DNA of 21,113 nt from a virus (Duplodnaviria; Heunggongvirae; Uroviricota; Caudoviricetes). The translations under genes and the position numbers were made by a program. The DNA is taken from the IMG/VR virus record IMGVR_UViG_2563366887_000002. One strand, written 5' to 3'. Under the pieces are notes generated by a model, which saw only the letters and a list, made by a program, of their open reading frames with translations, did not search any database and was not told the origin of the DNA. Positions 1 to 7,207 of this stretch are shown here, in pieces (the stretch's first letter is position 1; every line of letters starts with the position of its first letter).

Positions 1-1284
1 TTACTTCTTCGCCTCTGCAACCACTTTACTACCCACGCCGCGGTTATTGTATTCCCACATGCGGTTGTAGTTAGTGTCATTCAGATTGCGCTGTATTTCG
101 TCGTTATCATCTACGCTGCCGGTATTACCCGCAAACGGACGATTAGAGATCACCGCATCGGCCCACGGTTTAGCCGTGTTAAAACCTTCGTTGATGGCGC
201 TATCACGGATCACCACCTGACCGTTGGTATTGGCATCAACATCCAGCGAGCGGCCCAGTTGCGCCACACCATCACCGAAAGCATTGAAACGGCTGTTTAC
301 GGCGAGGAAACCGTAGTAAATGTTGGACAGCGTAGCCGGTGCAAACACATACGCTTCTTGCTGAGTACGTGAGTTCACCACGCGGAATTCGGTGTTATCG
401 AACACCACTGCGCCGCGACCAGAAACGATATCCACATCCCCTTCAATGTAGCTGTTGGTCACCAGCGTACGCGGCTGACGATTTGTTTCCAGACGGTTCT
501 GCACACCGCTGTTGGTGACAAAGAAGGTGTTCTGACGACCGAGAATGTTAACGTTGTTAATCTGTACCTGGTCACCATCAGTACGCAGTGCCACCGCCGG
601 ATGGTTACCTGCATCTACGCTATCGCCCAGCGTGTTTTCGATGGTCAGATTTTGCAGTTGCAGGCCATTGTTTTGTGACCAGAAGACCGCAGAGCAGAGA
701 ACACCGATACTGTCGCTGCGTTTGCTCTGGCAGCTATCGTACATATACCACGCTGGTTTACCTGGCATATATTTGCCGCGCGGGTTGACGTCGTGACGCC
801 AGTCGGCAGGGCTCATGCCACCATCAAGGGAAAGCCCAATCTTCACATCAATCGGTTTTTCACCTGTACCGTACAGAGTAATTCCACCCGGAGCGGCAGG
901 GACATATACCGTTCCCTGATACTCACCAGGCATCACGGCAATATACTGGCGCTTGTTGGTACGCTTGATAATTGCCGCATCTACCGCCGCCTGAATCGTG
1001 GTATGCGTTACACCTTGAGTGCCCGCCGGGCCGACAACAAAGTCAGGTTGCGCAGGCAGGGTAATCGGGGAAGGATTCCACGCTGCAGCACCTGGTGTCA
1101 GGGATGCAAAATAGTGTTGAGCATCGAAATTCTGCGCTTCTTTTGCCGACAGAATCGGGCGAGAAGAGGTACCAGGCGCGGTTTGATCAGAAGGACGTTG
1201 ATCGGGCGGGGTTGAGCTACAGGCGGTCAGCGTCACGCCAAAAGCCAATGCCAGCGCCAGACGGGAAACTGAAAATGTGTTCAC
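1..1284 (-). CDS. ybhC: YbhC, pectinesterase-family outer-membrane lipoprotein / putative acyl-CoA thioesterase; host gene on the gal side of att-lambda
   Basis: Complete 427-aa ORF with N-terminal signal peptide and lipobox LTAC; lies directly next to the lambda att core, matching the known order ybhC-attB-ybhB. Confidence 0.85.
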   Translation of the reverse strand: MNTFSVSRLALALAFGVTLTACSSTPPDQRPSDQTAPGTSSRPILSAKEAQNFDAQHYFASLTPGAAAWNPSPITLPAQPDFVVGPAGTQGVTHTTIQAAVDAAIIKRTNKRQYIAVMPGEYQGTVYVPAAPGGITLYGTGEKPIDVKIGLSLDGGMSPADWRHDVNPRGKYMPGKPAWYMYDSCQSKRSDSIGVLCSAVFWSQNNGLQLQNLTIENTLGDSVDAGNHPAVALRTDGDQVQINNVNILGRQNTFFVTNSGVQNRLETNRQPRTLVTNSYIEGDVDIVSGRGAVVFDNTEFRVVNSRTQQEAYVFAPATLSNIYYGFLAVNSRFNAFGDGVAQLGRSLDVDANTNGQVVIRDSAINEGFNTAKPWADAVISNRPFAGNTGSVDDNDEIQRNLNDTNYNRMWEYNNRGVGSKVVAEAKK

Positions 1285-1418
1285 AGGTTGCTCCGGGCTA
1301 TGAAATAGAAAAATGAATCCGTTGAAGCCTGCTTTTTTATACTAAGTTGGCATTATAAAAAAGCATTGCTTATCAATTTGTTGCAACGAACAGGTCACTA
1401 TCAGTCAAAATAAAATCA
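1285..1418. other. attL: attL (B-O-P') of a lambda-type prophage: bacterial B arm, 15-bp common core GCTTTTTTATACTAA at 1331-1345, then phage P' arm with arm-type Int sites
   Basis: Core followed by GTTGGCATTATAAAAAAGCATTGCTTATCAATTTGTTGCAACGAACAGGTCACTATCAGTCAAAATAAAATCATTATTTGATTTC, which matches my recollection of the lambda P' arm; the left side matches attB (CCGTTGAAGCCT). Confidence 0.9.
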
Positions 1419-2489
1419 TTATTTGATTTCAATTTTGTCCCACTCCCTGCCTCTGTCATCACGATACTGTGATGCCATGGTGTCCGACTTATGCCCGAGA
1501 AGATGTTGAGCAAATTTATCGCTTATCTGCTTCTCATAGAGTCTTGCAGACAAACTGCGCAACTCGTGAAAGGTTGGCGGATCCCCTTCGAAGGAGAGAC
1601 CTGATGCTTTTCGTGCGCGCATAAAATACCTTGATACTGTGCCGGATGAAAGCGGTTCACGACGAGTAGATGCAATTATGGTTTCTCCGCCAAGAATCTT
1701 TTTGCATTTATCAAGTGTTTCCTTCATTGATATCCCGAGAGCATCAACATGCAATGTTGTTGGGATGGCAATTTTTACGCCTGTTTTGCTTTGCTCGACA
1801 TAAAGATATCCATCTACGATATCAGACCACTTCATTTCGCATAAATCACCAACTCGCTGCCCGGTAACAACAGCCAGTTCCATTGCAAGTCTAAGCCAAC
1901 ATGGTGATGATTCTGCTGCTTGATAAATTTTCAGGTATTCGTCAGCCGTAAGTCTTGATCTCCTTACCTCTGATTTTGCAGCGCGAGTGGCTGCGACCGG
2001 GTTTGTTGTTATATGGCCTTCAGCCATAGCCTCTCGGAATGCATCGCTCAGTGTTGATCTGATTAACTTGGCTGATGCCGCCTTTCCCTCGTCTATGTAT
2101 CCATTGAGCATTGCCGCAATTTCTTTTGTGGTGATGTCTTCAAGTGGAGCATCAGGCAGACCCCTCCTTATTGCTTTAATTTTGCTCATGTAATTTATGA
2201 GTGTCTTCTGCTTGATTCCTCTGCTGGCCAGGATTTTTTCGTAGCGATCAAGCCATGAATGTAACGTAACGGAATTATCACTGTTGATTCTCGCTGTCAG
2301 AGGCTTGTGTTTGTGTCCTGAAAATAACTCAATGTTGGCCTGTATAGCTTCAGTGATTGCGATTCGCCTGTCTCGGCCTAATCCAAACTCTTTACCCGTC
2401 CTTGGGTCCCTGTAGCAGTAATATCCATTGTTTCTTATATAAAGGTTAGGGGGTAAATCCCGGCGCTCATGACTTCGCCTTCTTCCCAT
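1419..2489 (-). CDS. int: Lambda-type integrase (tyrosine recombinase)
   Basis: 356-aa ORF, MGRRRSHERRDLPPNLYIRNNGYYCYRDPRTGKEF..., matches lambda Int essentially end to end from memory; adjacent to attL. Confidence 0.95.
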   Translation of the reverse strand: MGRRRSHERRDLPPNLYIRNNGYYCYRDPRTGKEFGLGRDRRIAITEAIQANIELFSGHKHKPLTARINSDNSVTLHSWLDRYEKILASRGIKQKTLINYMSKIKAIRRGLPDAPLEDITTKEIAAMLNGYIDEGKAASAKLIRSTLSDAFREAMAEGHITTNPVAATRAAKSEVRRSRLTADEYLKIYQAAESSPCWLRLAMELAVVTGQRVGDLCEMKWSDIVDGYLYVEQSKTGVKIAIPTTLHVDALGISMKETLDKCKKILGGETIIASTRREPLSSGTVSRYFMRARKASGLSFEGDPPTFHELRSLSARLYEKQISDKFAQHLLGHKSDTMASQYRDDRGREWDKIEIK

Positions 2490-2685
2490 TTCTGATCCTC
2501 TTCAAAAGGCTACCTGTTACTGGTCGATTTAAGTCAACCTTTACCGCTGATTCGTGGAACAGATATTCTCTTCCATCCTTAACCGGAGGAGGGAATATCC
2601 TGCATTCGCGCACCCATCGACGAACTGTTTCAAGGCTTCTTGGGCGTCGCTGGCGAGCGTTCCACTCCTGAAGTGTCAAGTACAT
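2467..2685 (-). CDS. xis: Excisionase Xis
   Basis: 72-aa ORF MYLTLQEWNARQRRPRSLETVRRWVRECRIFPPP... matches lambda Xis; overlaps int start as in lambda. Confidence 0.95.
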   Translation of the reverse strand: MYLTLQEWNARQRRPRSLETVRRWVRECRIFPPPVKDGREYLFHESAVKVDLNRPVTGSLLKRIRNGKKAKS

Positions 2686-2724
2686 CGCAAAGTCTCCGCA
2701 ATTACACGCAAGAAAAAACCGCCA

Positions 2725-2892
2725 TCAGGCGGCTTGGTGTTCTTTCAGTTCTTCAATTCGAATATTGGTTATGTCTGCATGTGCTATCTGCGCCCATATC
2801 ATCCAGTGGTCATAGCAGTCATTGATGTTCTCTGCTTCGATAACTCTGTTGAATGGTTCTCCATTCCATTCACCTGTGACTCGGAAGTGCAT
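2725..2892 (-). CDS. Small hypothetical protein, lambda orf55-like
   Basis: 55-codon ORF (MHFRVTGEWNGEPFNRVIEAENINDCYDHWMIWAQIAHADITNIRIEELKEHQAA) found by hand translation, below the ORF-track cutoff; GGAG 7 nt upstream of the ATG; sits where lambda has orf55. Confidence 0.6.
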   Translation of the reverse strand: MHFRVTGEWNGEPFNRVIEAENINDCYDHWMIWAQIAHADITNIRIEELKEHQAA

Positions 2893-2974
2893 TTATCATC
2901 TCCATAAAACAAAACTCGCCGTAGCGAGTTCAGATATAATTTCCACCAAAGGCAGTAGTTGCTGATGCTAAGAA

Positions 2975-3403
2975 TTATTCAATATCTATTCCTGTAATAT
3001 CTTTTATCTTTTTCCTTGCAAAGCCTTTTGCTAGTGATTTTGAAACACTTATTAGTGTACTAATTCCCTCATCCTTAAAGTTTGTTTTTATAGTTTGCCA
3101 GACCTCCTTTTGACGCAAGTCAGCAATAAAATCATGCCCTCTTGCTGTCAACCTCAGTGGTACTTCGAACCAACTATATCCAACACCTTCCCCTAACTCG
3201 TTGGACATTATATGACCGAACCCAGGTTTTCCATCAACCCTGACTATTAATTCGTAGTCGCATAATAATCGCATATGGAAAATAAAATTTTGGTCATATC
3301 TATTAAAGCCATTATCCTCTAGTTCACTAAGCATCGTGTCAGGGCCATGAGTTTTTTCGAATGCGATAAGTAGATCTTTTAGATATTGCTGGTCTAATTT
3401 CAT
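2975..3403 (-). CDS. Hypothetical 142-aa protein, AT-rich moron; possibly DUF2513-like, function unknown
   Basis: ORF with strong RBS (GGAGG 6 nt upstream); about 37% GC; not in lambda at this position; DUF2513 assignment is from pattern memory only. Confidence 0.6.
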   Translation of the reverse strand: MKLDQQYLKDLLIAFEKTHGPDTMLSELEDNGFNRYDQNFIFHMRLLCDYELIVRVDGKPGFGHIMSNELGEGVGYSWFEVPLRLTARGHDFIADLRQKEVWQTIKTNFKDEGISTLISVSKSLAKGFARKKIKDITGIDIE

Positions 3404-3413
3404 TGCCGCCTCC

Positions 3414-3425
3414 GTGACATGTCAC
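3414..3425. promoter_or_regulatory. Perfect 12-bp palindrome GTGACATGTCAC in the 5' leader of the 142-aa gene; candidate operator
   Basis: Read directly from sequence; lies between the stop of the upstream zinc-ribbon ORF and the RBS of the 142-aa gene. Confidence 0.35.
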
Positions 3426-3431
3426 AGAGAT

Positions 3432-3770
3432 TTATATCATTAATTTTGTTTCGTGCCAGCCTTTGGTCACCCAGCATTGTGAGTCACCATTACACGGGCA
3501 TGAATTAACAGGAACTCTCTCGCCGCACTTACCGCAACGTTTTCTGCTGATCGATTTTATACGCCAGCGCACACGTGCATCATCCTGGCGGCTCAGTAAC
3601 GCGATGTACTCACCAAACTCGTAAGGCGCATGCCTGAAGCGGCGCGTGGCTCAGTTACGATCCAGCATTTCAATTTCCTGAGCATCAAGTACAAGCTCCA
3701 GCTTACGCATACCGGATGATGCTTGCTTGGCTCTCTGATCGACTTTGCGCTCTGCTGATGATTTAGCCAT
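3432..3770 (-). pseudogene. Split ORF: 39-aa N-terminal part (3651-3770) then in-frame TGA, then 72 codons containing a Cys-rich zinc-ribbon-like motif (CGKCG...CPCNGDSQC); possibly a disrupted Ea8.5-like gene
   Basis: Hand translation of minus strand: MAKSSAERKVDQRAKQASSGMRKLELVLDAQEIEMLDRN-TGA-ATRRFRHAPYEFGEYIALLSRQDDARVRWRIKSISRKRCGKCGERVPVNSCPCNGDSQCWVTKGWHETKLMI; both parts in the same frame. Confidence 0.35.
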
Positions 3771-3963
3771 TCTGCTTTTCCTGCATTAGGAGAAAGACAA
3801 TCATGGCGGCGCGGATACTTCCGGTATCTTTTTACTCGATATTACCCTTCAATGGCACATACAAGAAGAGAGCCATCAACAGGAGTGAGTGAGGAATCGA
3901 CAACCAGCAACGCTTAATTATCTATAGTGTCGTATTTGCTTCATAAAATATGGCGAATAACAC

Positions 3964-3999
3964 AAAGCCCGCAGCAGCTCATTGTGCGGGCTTTTCTTA
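3964..3999. terminator. Bidirectional rho-independent terminator: AAAGCCCGCA-loop-TGCGGGCTTT with U-rich tracts on both strands
   Basis: 10-bp stem read from sequence; T-runs follow on both strands; about 70 nt downstream of the minus-strand 204-aa gene. Confidence 0.5.
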
Positions 4000-4063
4000 T
4001 ACATACTTCCTAGAGATAATTCTATGGAGGCATTAAATTAATACTGTCATTGGTAATATCATA

Positions 4064-4678
4064 TTATCTAAAAGTCTTTCCACTTTTAACGTCTAGGTAT
4101 ATTCTGTTCGACAACGTCATTCCTCCGCAATATGTGAAATAGATGTTTTTCCCCTTATTGCTTGATGCCATCCACCCTCCGATTTCCTTAAAGTCGCTTT
4201 CCGTGCAGACCCCTTCGTTTATTAACTTCCTAGCTGCCGAAGAAAACTCTTTTTTGTATATACGGTAGTCATCAGATCCTTTGATTAAAGTATCATCTCC
4301 GCTCGCATTTTCAGCAGGATCTGATGGCCTTTCACTGCTAAGATCACTAAGTTTAACCCATTCTGAAAACTTGCCATTGACGATTCCGTTTTTTCTTGTG
4401 CAGGATTTATTACCTTCTTTAATATATTCGCTTTCCCCTCCCACACATGAGGCTGAATATGGCTCAGTTATACGAACCCATTCACCTTTTTTTTCTAGAA
4501 AATCTACGCCTTCCCTGAAAAATAGTTTCCCAGCCACTCCACATTTACTTGAAGGGCAGGTATGTCTTTCCGTTCGATCAACAACAACCCAAAGTCTTGA
4601 TTCATTTTTTGCCATTGCCGATGGTATTTGAGATGAGACAATTAACGTAAGCCCTAAAATTAGTATTGATTTTTTCAT
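4064..4678 (-). CDS. Secreted/periplasmic cysteine-rich protein (204 aa) with cleavable signal peptide; function unknown
   Basis: N-terminus MKKSILILGLTLIVSSQIPSAMA with AXA cleavage motif and no lipobox Cys; six Cys in mature part; SH3b-like motifs (GEWVRI, SEWVKL); about 40% GC; RBS AAGGA; own terminator. Confidence 0.7.
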   Translation of the reverse strand: MKKSILILGLTLIVSSQIPSAMAKNESRLWVVVDRTERHTCPSSKCGVAGKLFFREGVDFLEKKGEWVRITEPYSASCVGGESEYIKEGNKSCTRKNGIVNGKFSEWVKLSDLSSERPSDPAENASGDDTLIKGSDDYRIYKKEFSSAARKLINEGVCTESDFKEIGGWMASSNKGKNIYFTYCGGMTLSNRIYLDVKSGKTFR

Positions 4679-4976
4679 TGTAATTTCCTTTTACTTTTTA
4701 CAAAGCGTTTAATCATGGCTGATTATCTTTAAGCGTAGTAACAGCCTTGTGCGAAACATGTTACCAAATCGCCATTTCAGTGTATCCGCAGTTAGGCTGC
4801 CACTTCAAGGATTCCTAATTACATGGTACGTAAGCGTAAAATCCCGTTGGTTGTCGGGTAATAACTCTGATCAAATCTCCCTTGTCTTTTGCTCTTACGT
4901 ATGCAGCTCTTGTGTATTCAACCCAGGCCTCCAGTTCAGCAATACGCTTACTTCCATCCGAGATAACACCTTCTAC

Positions 4977-5228
4977 TCACGCTGCTCGTTGAGTTTTGAT
5001 TTTTGCTGTCTCCAGCTCAACACGCAGTTTCCTCACCGTTAGCGCAATATCCTCGTTCTCCTGGTCGCGGCGTTTGATGTACTGCTGGTTTCTTTCCCGT
5101 TCATCCAGCAGTGTCAGCACAATCGATGGTGTTACCAGCTCATGGAAAAGGTCCGCGTCAAATCCCCAGTTGTCATGCATTGCCTGCTCTGCCGCTTCAC
5201 GCAGTGCCTGAGAGTGAATTACGCTCAC
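4977..5228 (-). CDS. Ea22/ead-like protein fragment (83 aa) ending at an in-frame TGA; the same frame continues 54 more codons to a TAG at 4815
   Basis: DADLFHELVTPSIVLTLLDERERNQQYIKRRDQENEDIALTVRKLRVELETAK and, after the TGA, VEGVISDGSKRIAELE, resemble the C-terminal region of lambda Ea22-family proteins as I recall them; 4-nt overlap with upstream gene. Confidence 0.55.
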   Translation of the reverse strand: MSVIHSQALREAAEQAMHDNWGFDADLFHELVTPSIVLTLLDERERNQQYIKRRDQENEDIALTVRKLRVELETAKIKTQRAA

Positions 5229-5446
5229 TTCGAACCTCTCTGTTTACTGATAAGTTCCAGATCCTCCTGGCAACTTGCACAAGTCCGACAACCCTGAACG
5301 GCCAGGCGTCTTCGTTCATCTATCGGATCGCCACACTCACAACAATGAGTGGCAGATATAGCCTGGTGGTTCAGGCGGCGCATTTTTATTGCTGTGTTGC
5401 GCTGTAATTCTTCAATTTCTGATGCTGAATCAATGATGTCTGCCAT
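5225..5446 (-). CDS. TraR/DksA-family C4 zinc-finger protein, lambda orf73-like
   Basis: 73-aa ORF with CxxC-x17-CxxC (CCECGDPIDERRRLAVQGCRTCASC); same size and architecture as F-plasmid TraR and lambda Orf73. Confidence 0.75.
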   Translation of the reverse strand: MADIIDSASEIEELQRNTAIKMRRLNHQAISATHCCECGDPIDERRRLAVQGCRTCASCQEDLELISKQRGSK

Positions 5447-5554
5447 CTTTCATTAATCCCTGAATTGTTGGTTAATACGCTTGAGGGTGAATGCGAATAA
5501 TAAAAAAGGAGCCTGTAGCTCCCTGATGATTTTGCTTTTCATGTTCACCGTTCC

Positions 5555-5596
5555 TTAAAAACGCCGTTTACGCTGCAGGATAATGTCCGGTGTCAT
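5555..5596 (-). pseudogene. exo: exo remnant: first 9 codons of lambda exonuclease (MTPDIILQR) then unrelated sequence and a stop
   Basis: ATGACACCGGACATTATCCTGCAGCGTA matches the lambda exo start overlapping the bet stop; homology ends near 5568. Confidence 0.7.
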
Positions 5597-6039
5597 GCTG
5601 CCACCTTCTGCTCAGTGGCTTTCTGTTTCAGGAATCCAAGAGCTTTCACTGCTTCGGCCTGTGTCAGTTCTGACGATGCGCGAATGTCGCGGCGAAATAT
5701 CTGGGAACAGAGCGGCAATAAGTCGTCATCCCATGTTTTGTCCAGGGCAATCAGCAGAGTGTTAATCTCCTGCATGGTTTCATCGTTAACCGGAGTAATG
5801 TCGCGTTCCGGCTGACGTTCTGCGGTGTATGCGGTATTTTCGACAATGCGCTCGGCTTCATCCTTGTCATAGATACCAGCAAATCCGAAGGCCAGACGGG
5901 CACACTGAATCATGGCTTTATGCCGTAACATCCGTTTGGGATGCGACTGCCACGGCCCCGTAATTTCTCTGCCTTCGCGGGTTTTGAATGGTTCGCGGCG
6001 GCATTCATCCATCCACTCGGTAACGCAGATCGGATGATT
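5593..6039 (-). pseudogene. bet: bet (Red-beta recombinase) C-terminal fragment, about 149 of 261 aa; 5' half deleted
   Basis: Translation NHPICVTEWMDECRREPFKTREGREITGPWQSHPKRMLRHKAMIQCARLAFGF...KATEQKVAA matches lambda Bet C-terminus; in-frame TAG at 6049-6051 and unrelated sequence upstream. Confidence 0.85.
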
Positions 6040-6198
6040 ACCGGTTCGCTACCAGGGAAGAACGGGAAGGAAAGGTGAGCACGAATCTGATTTTCAAGGA
6101 GTGTCGCCAGAGTGCCGCGATGAAGCGGGTGTTGGCATTTTATCGCGGCAATTTTCAATAGACTATGTACATAAAAATATCATTTTTTTAATACATGT

Positions 6199-6390
6199 CT
6201 AATTATTGGACGAAATTGGTTTTTGCTTTGGTTTAGTTAGCCTAGCAATCAAGCCAGAGGCAATAATGATGATCCAAGCAATTTGATGCAATGCTACTCC
6301 AATATAAGAACCTTTATAGATAATAAAGGCATAGATCGCTAGAAACGAAATAAATATCCATAACGAAAGTTGATAAATTTTGGCGCGCAT
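6199..6390 (-). CDS. Small hydrophobic membrane protein (63 aa from ATG; 68 aa if the TTG at 6405 is used), two predicted TM helices; function unknown
   Basis: MRAKIYQLSLWIFISFLAIYAFIIYKGSYIGVALHQIAWIIIIASGLIARLTKPKQKPISSNN; about 33% GC; weak RBS. Confidence 0.45.
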   Translation of the reverse strand: MRAKIYQLSLWIFISFLAIYAFIIYKGSYIGVALHQIAWIIIIASGLIARLTKPKQKPISSNN

Positions 6391-6611
6391 ATTTAATCCA
6401 ATCAATCAGAAAGACGAGTAATCATAGAGGTACTATCACCCGGGTAACTATTGCTATTATGAACGGATAGGATAGAGGCTTCAATAACATATGCATCAAG
6501 TATGATGGAATATGTAGGTGAAAATGACTTGTGTCAAATTTGTGGAAATGAGTACCATGTTTCTCTGAAATTGATGTCGTTAATGGCTAGTGATAGTGAA
6601 CTTTTTTACTT

Positions 6612-6617
6612 TATAAT
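6612..6617 (+). promoter_or_regulatory. Consensus -10 hexamer TATAAT about 30 nt upstream of the lipoprotein operon start
   Basis: Exact TATAAT read from sequence; no good -35 found. Confidence 0.25.
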
Positions 6618-6646
6618 TCCTTTGGTTATAACAATAAGGTAAATTT

Positions 6647-7207
6647 ATGAAGAAGATAATATTATTAGCCATGATTATTGGTTCTTTAACAGGTTGCGCT
6701 AGTGTGCCACCATTGAATTTTTCAACACCTAACGTGGGAGTTAGCTAGAAAAAAATAGATGCTGAAATTAAGTCATTAACGGTATCACTTGCTCGTCCAG
6801 ATGAGCAGAAAGGGGATATCACTGCTGGTATGGAGGCTATAACTCCAATTTGGCGTGAATCTTTGCAGGAAGCACTCGACCGAATGACTATTTTTCGTGA
6901 TAGTTCACCAAATACGGTTAGCTTAAATGTTAAAGTGTTGGCTCTTGACGTTCCTGCTTTTGGTGTTTCAATGACAACTAAAGCAATTGCAAGGTATGAA
7001 ATAATCAACCGTGCGAATGGTGATATTATATATACGCAGGATATTGAGTCTACCGGTACTGTTCCAGCCAGTTACGCATTCTACGGTATTGTTCGAGCAC
7101 GCGAATCTGTTAATCGCGCGGTGCAAAACAACATAACGCAGTTCTTGCAAGCATTAGAAAGTGTTGATCTTTCTCGTCCAATGTTTCCTGTTAGGGTAGC
7201 TAAATGA
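6647..7207 (+). pseudogene. Lipoprotein gene (lipobox LTGC) interrupted by an in-frame amber codon (TAG 6746-6748) after 33 codons; 153 further in-frame codons downstream
   Basis: MKKIILLAMIIGSLTGCASVPPLNFSTPNVGVS-TAG-KKIDAEIKSL...VRVAK; RBS AAGGT 7 nt upstream of ATG; ORF track reports only the 6830-7207 portion; ATGA overlap with next gene. Confidence 0.5.

Noticed and set aside
545-1316. Plus-strand ORFs (545-796, 588-788, 793-1215, 1095-1316) inside ybhC
   Set aside because: They lie antisense to a well-supported 427-aa gene, have no RBS and low-complexity Arg/Cys-rich translations; treated as frame artefacts.
1670-2193. Plus-strand ORFs (1670-1867, 1987-2193) inside int
   Set aside because: Antisense to lambda int, which matches the known protein end to end.
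2554-2907. Plus-strand ORFs 2554-2907 and 2640-2825
   Set aside because: Antisense to xis and the orf55-like gene; no start-site support.
4281-5042. Plus-strand ORFs 4281-4631 and 4749-5042
   Set aside because: Antisense to the signal-peptide protein gene and the Ea22-like region; proline/serine-rich artefactual translations.
5453-5542. 29-codon minus-strand ORF just downstream of the exo stub
   Set aside because: It is built around a hairpin plus T-run and has no RBS; more likely a terminator-like scar than a gene.
5910-6158. 82-aa minus-strand ORF overlapping the bet fragment in another frame
   Set aside because: The bet frame is clearly the real one; this ORF has no RBS and spans the deletion junction.
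6501-6650. 49-codon plus-strand ORF upstream of the lipoprotein gene
   Set aside because: No RBS, overlaps the predicted promoter and start of the lipoprotein gene.
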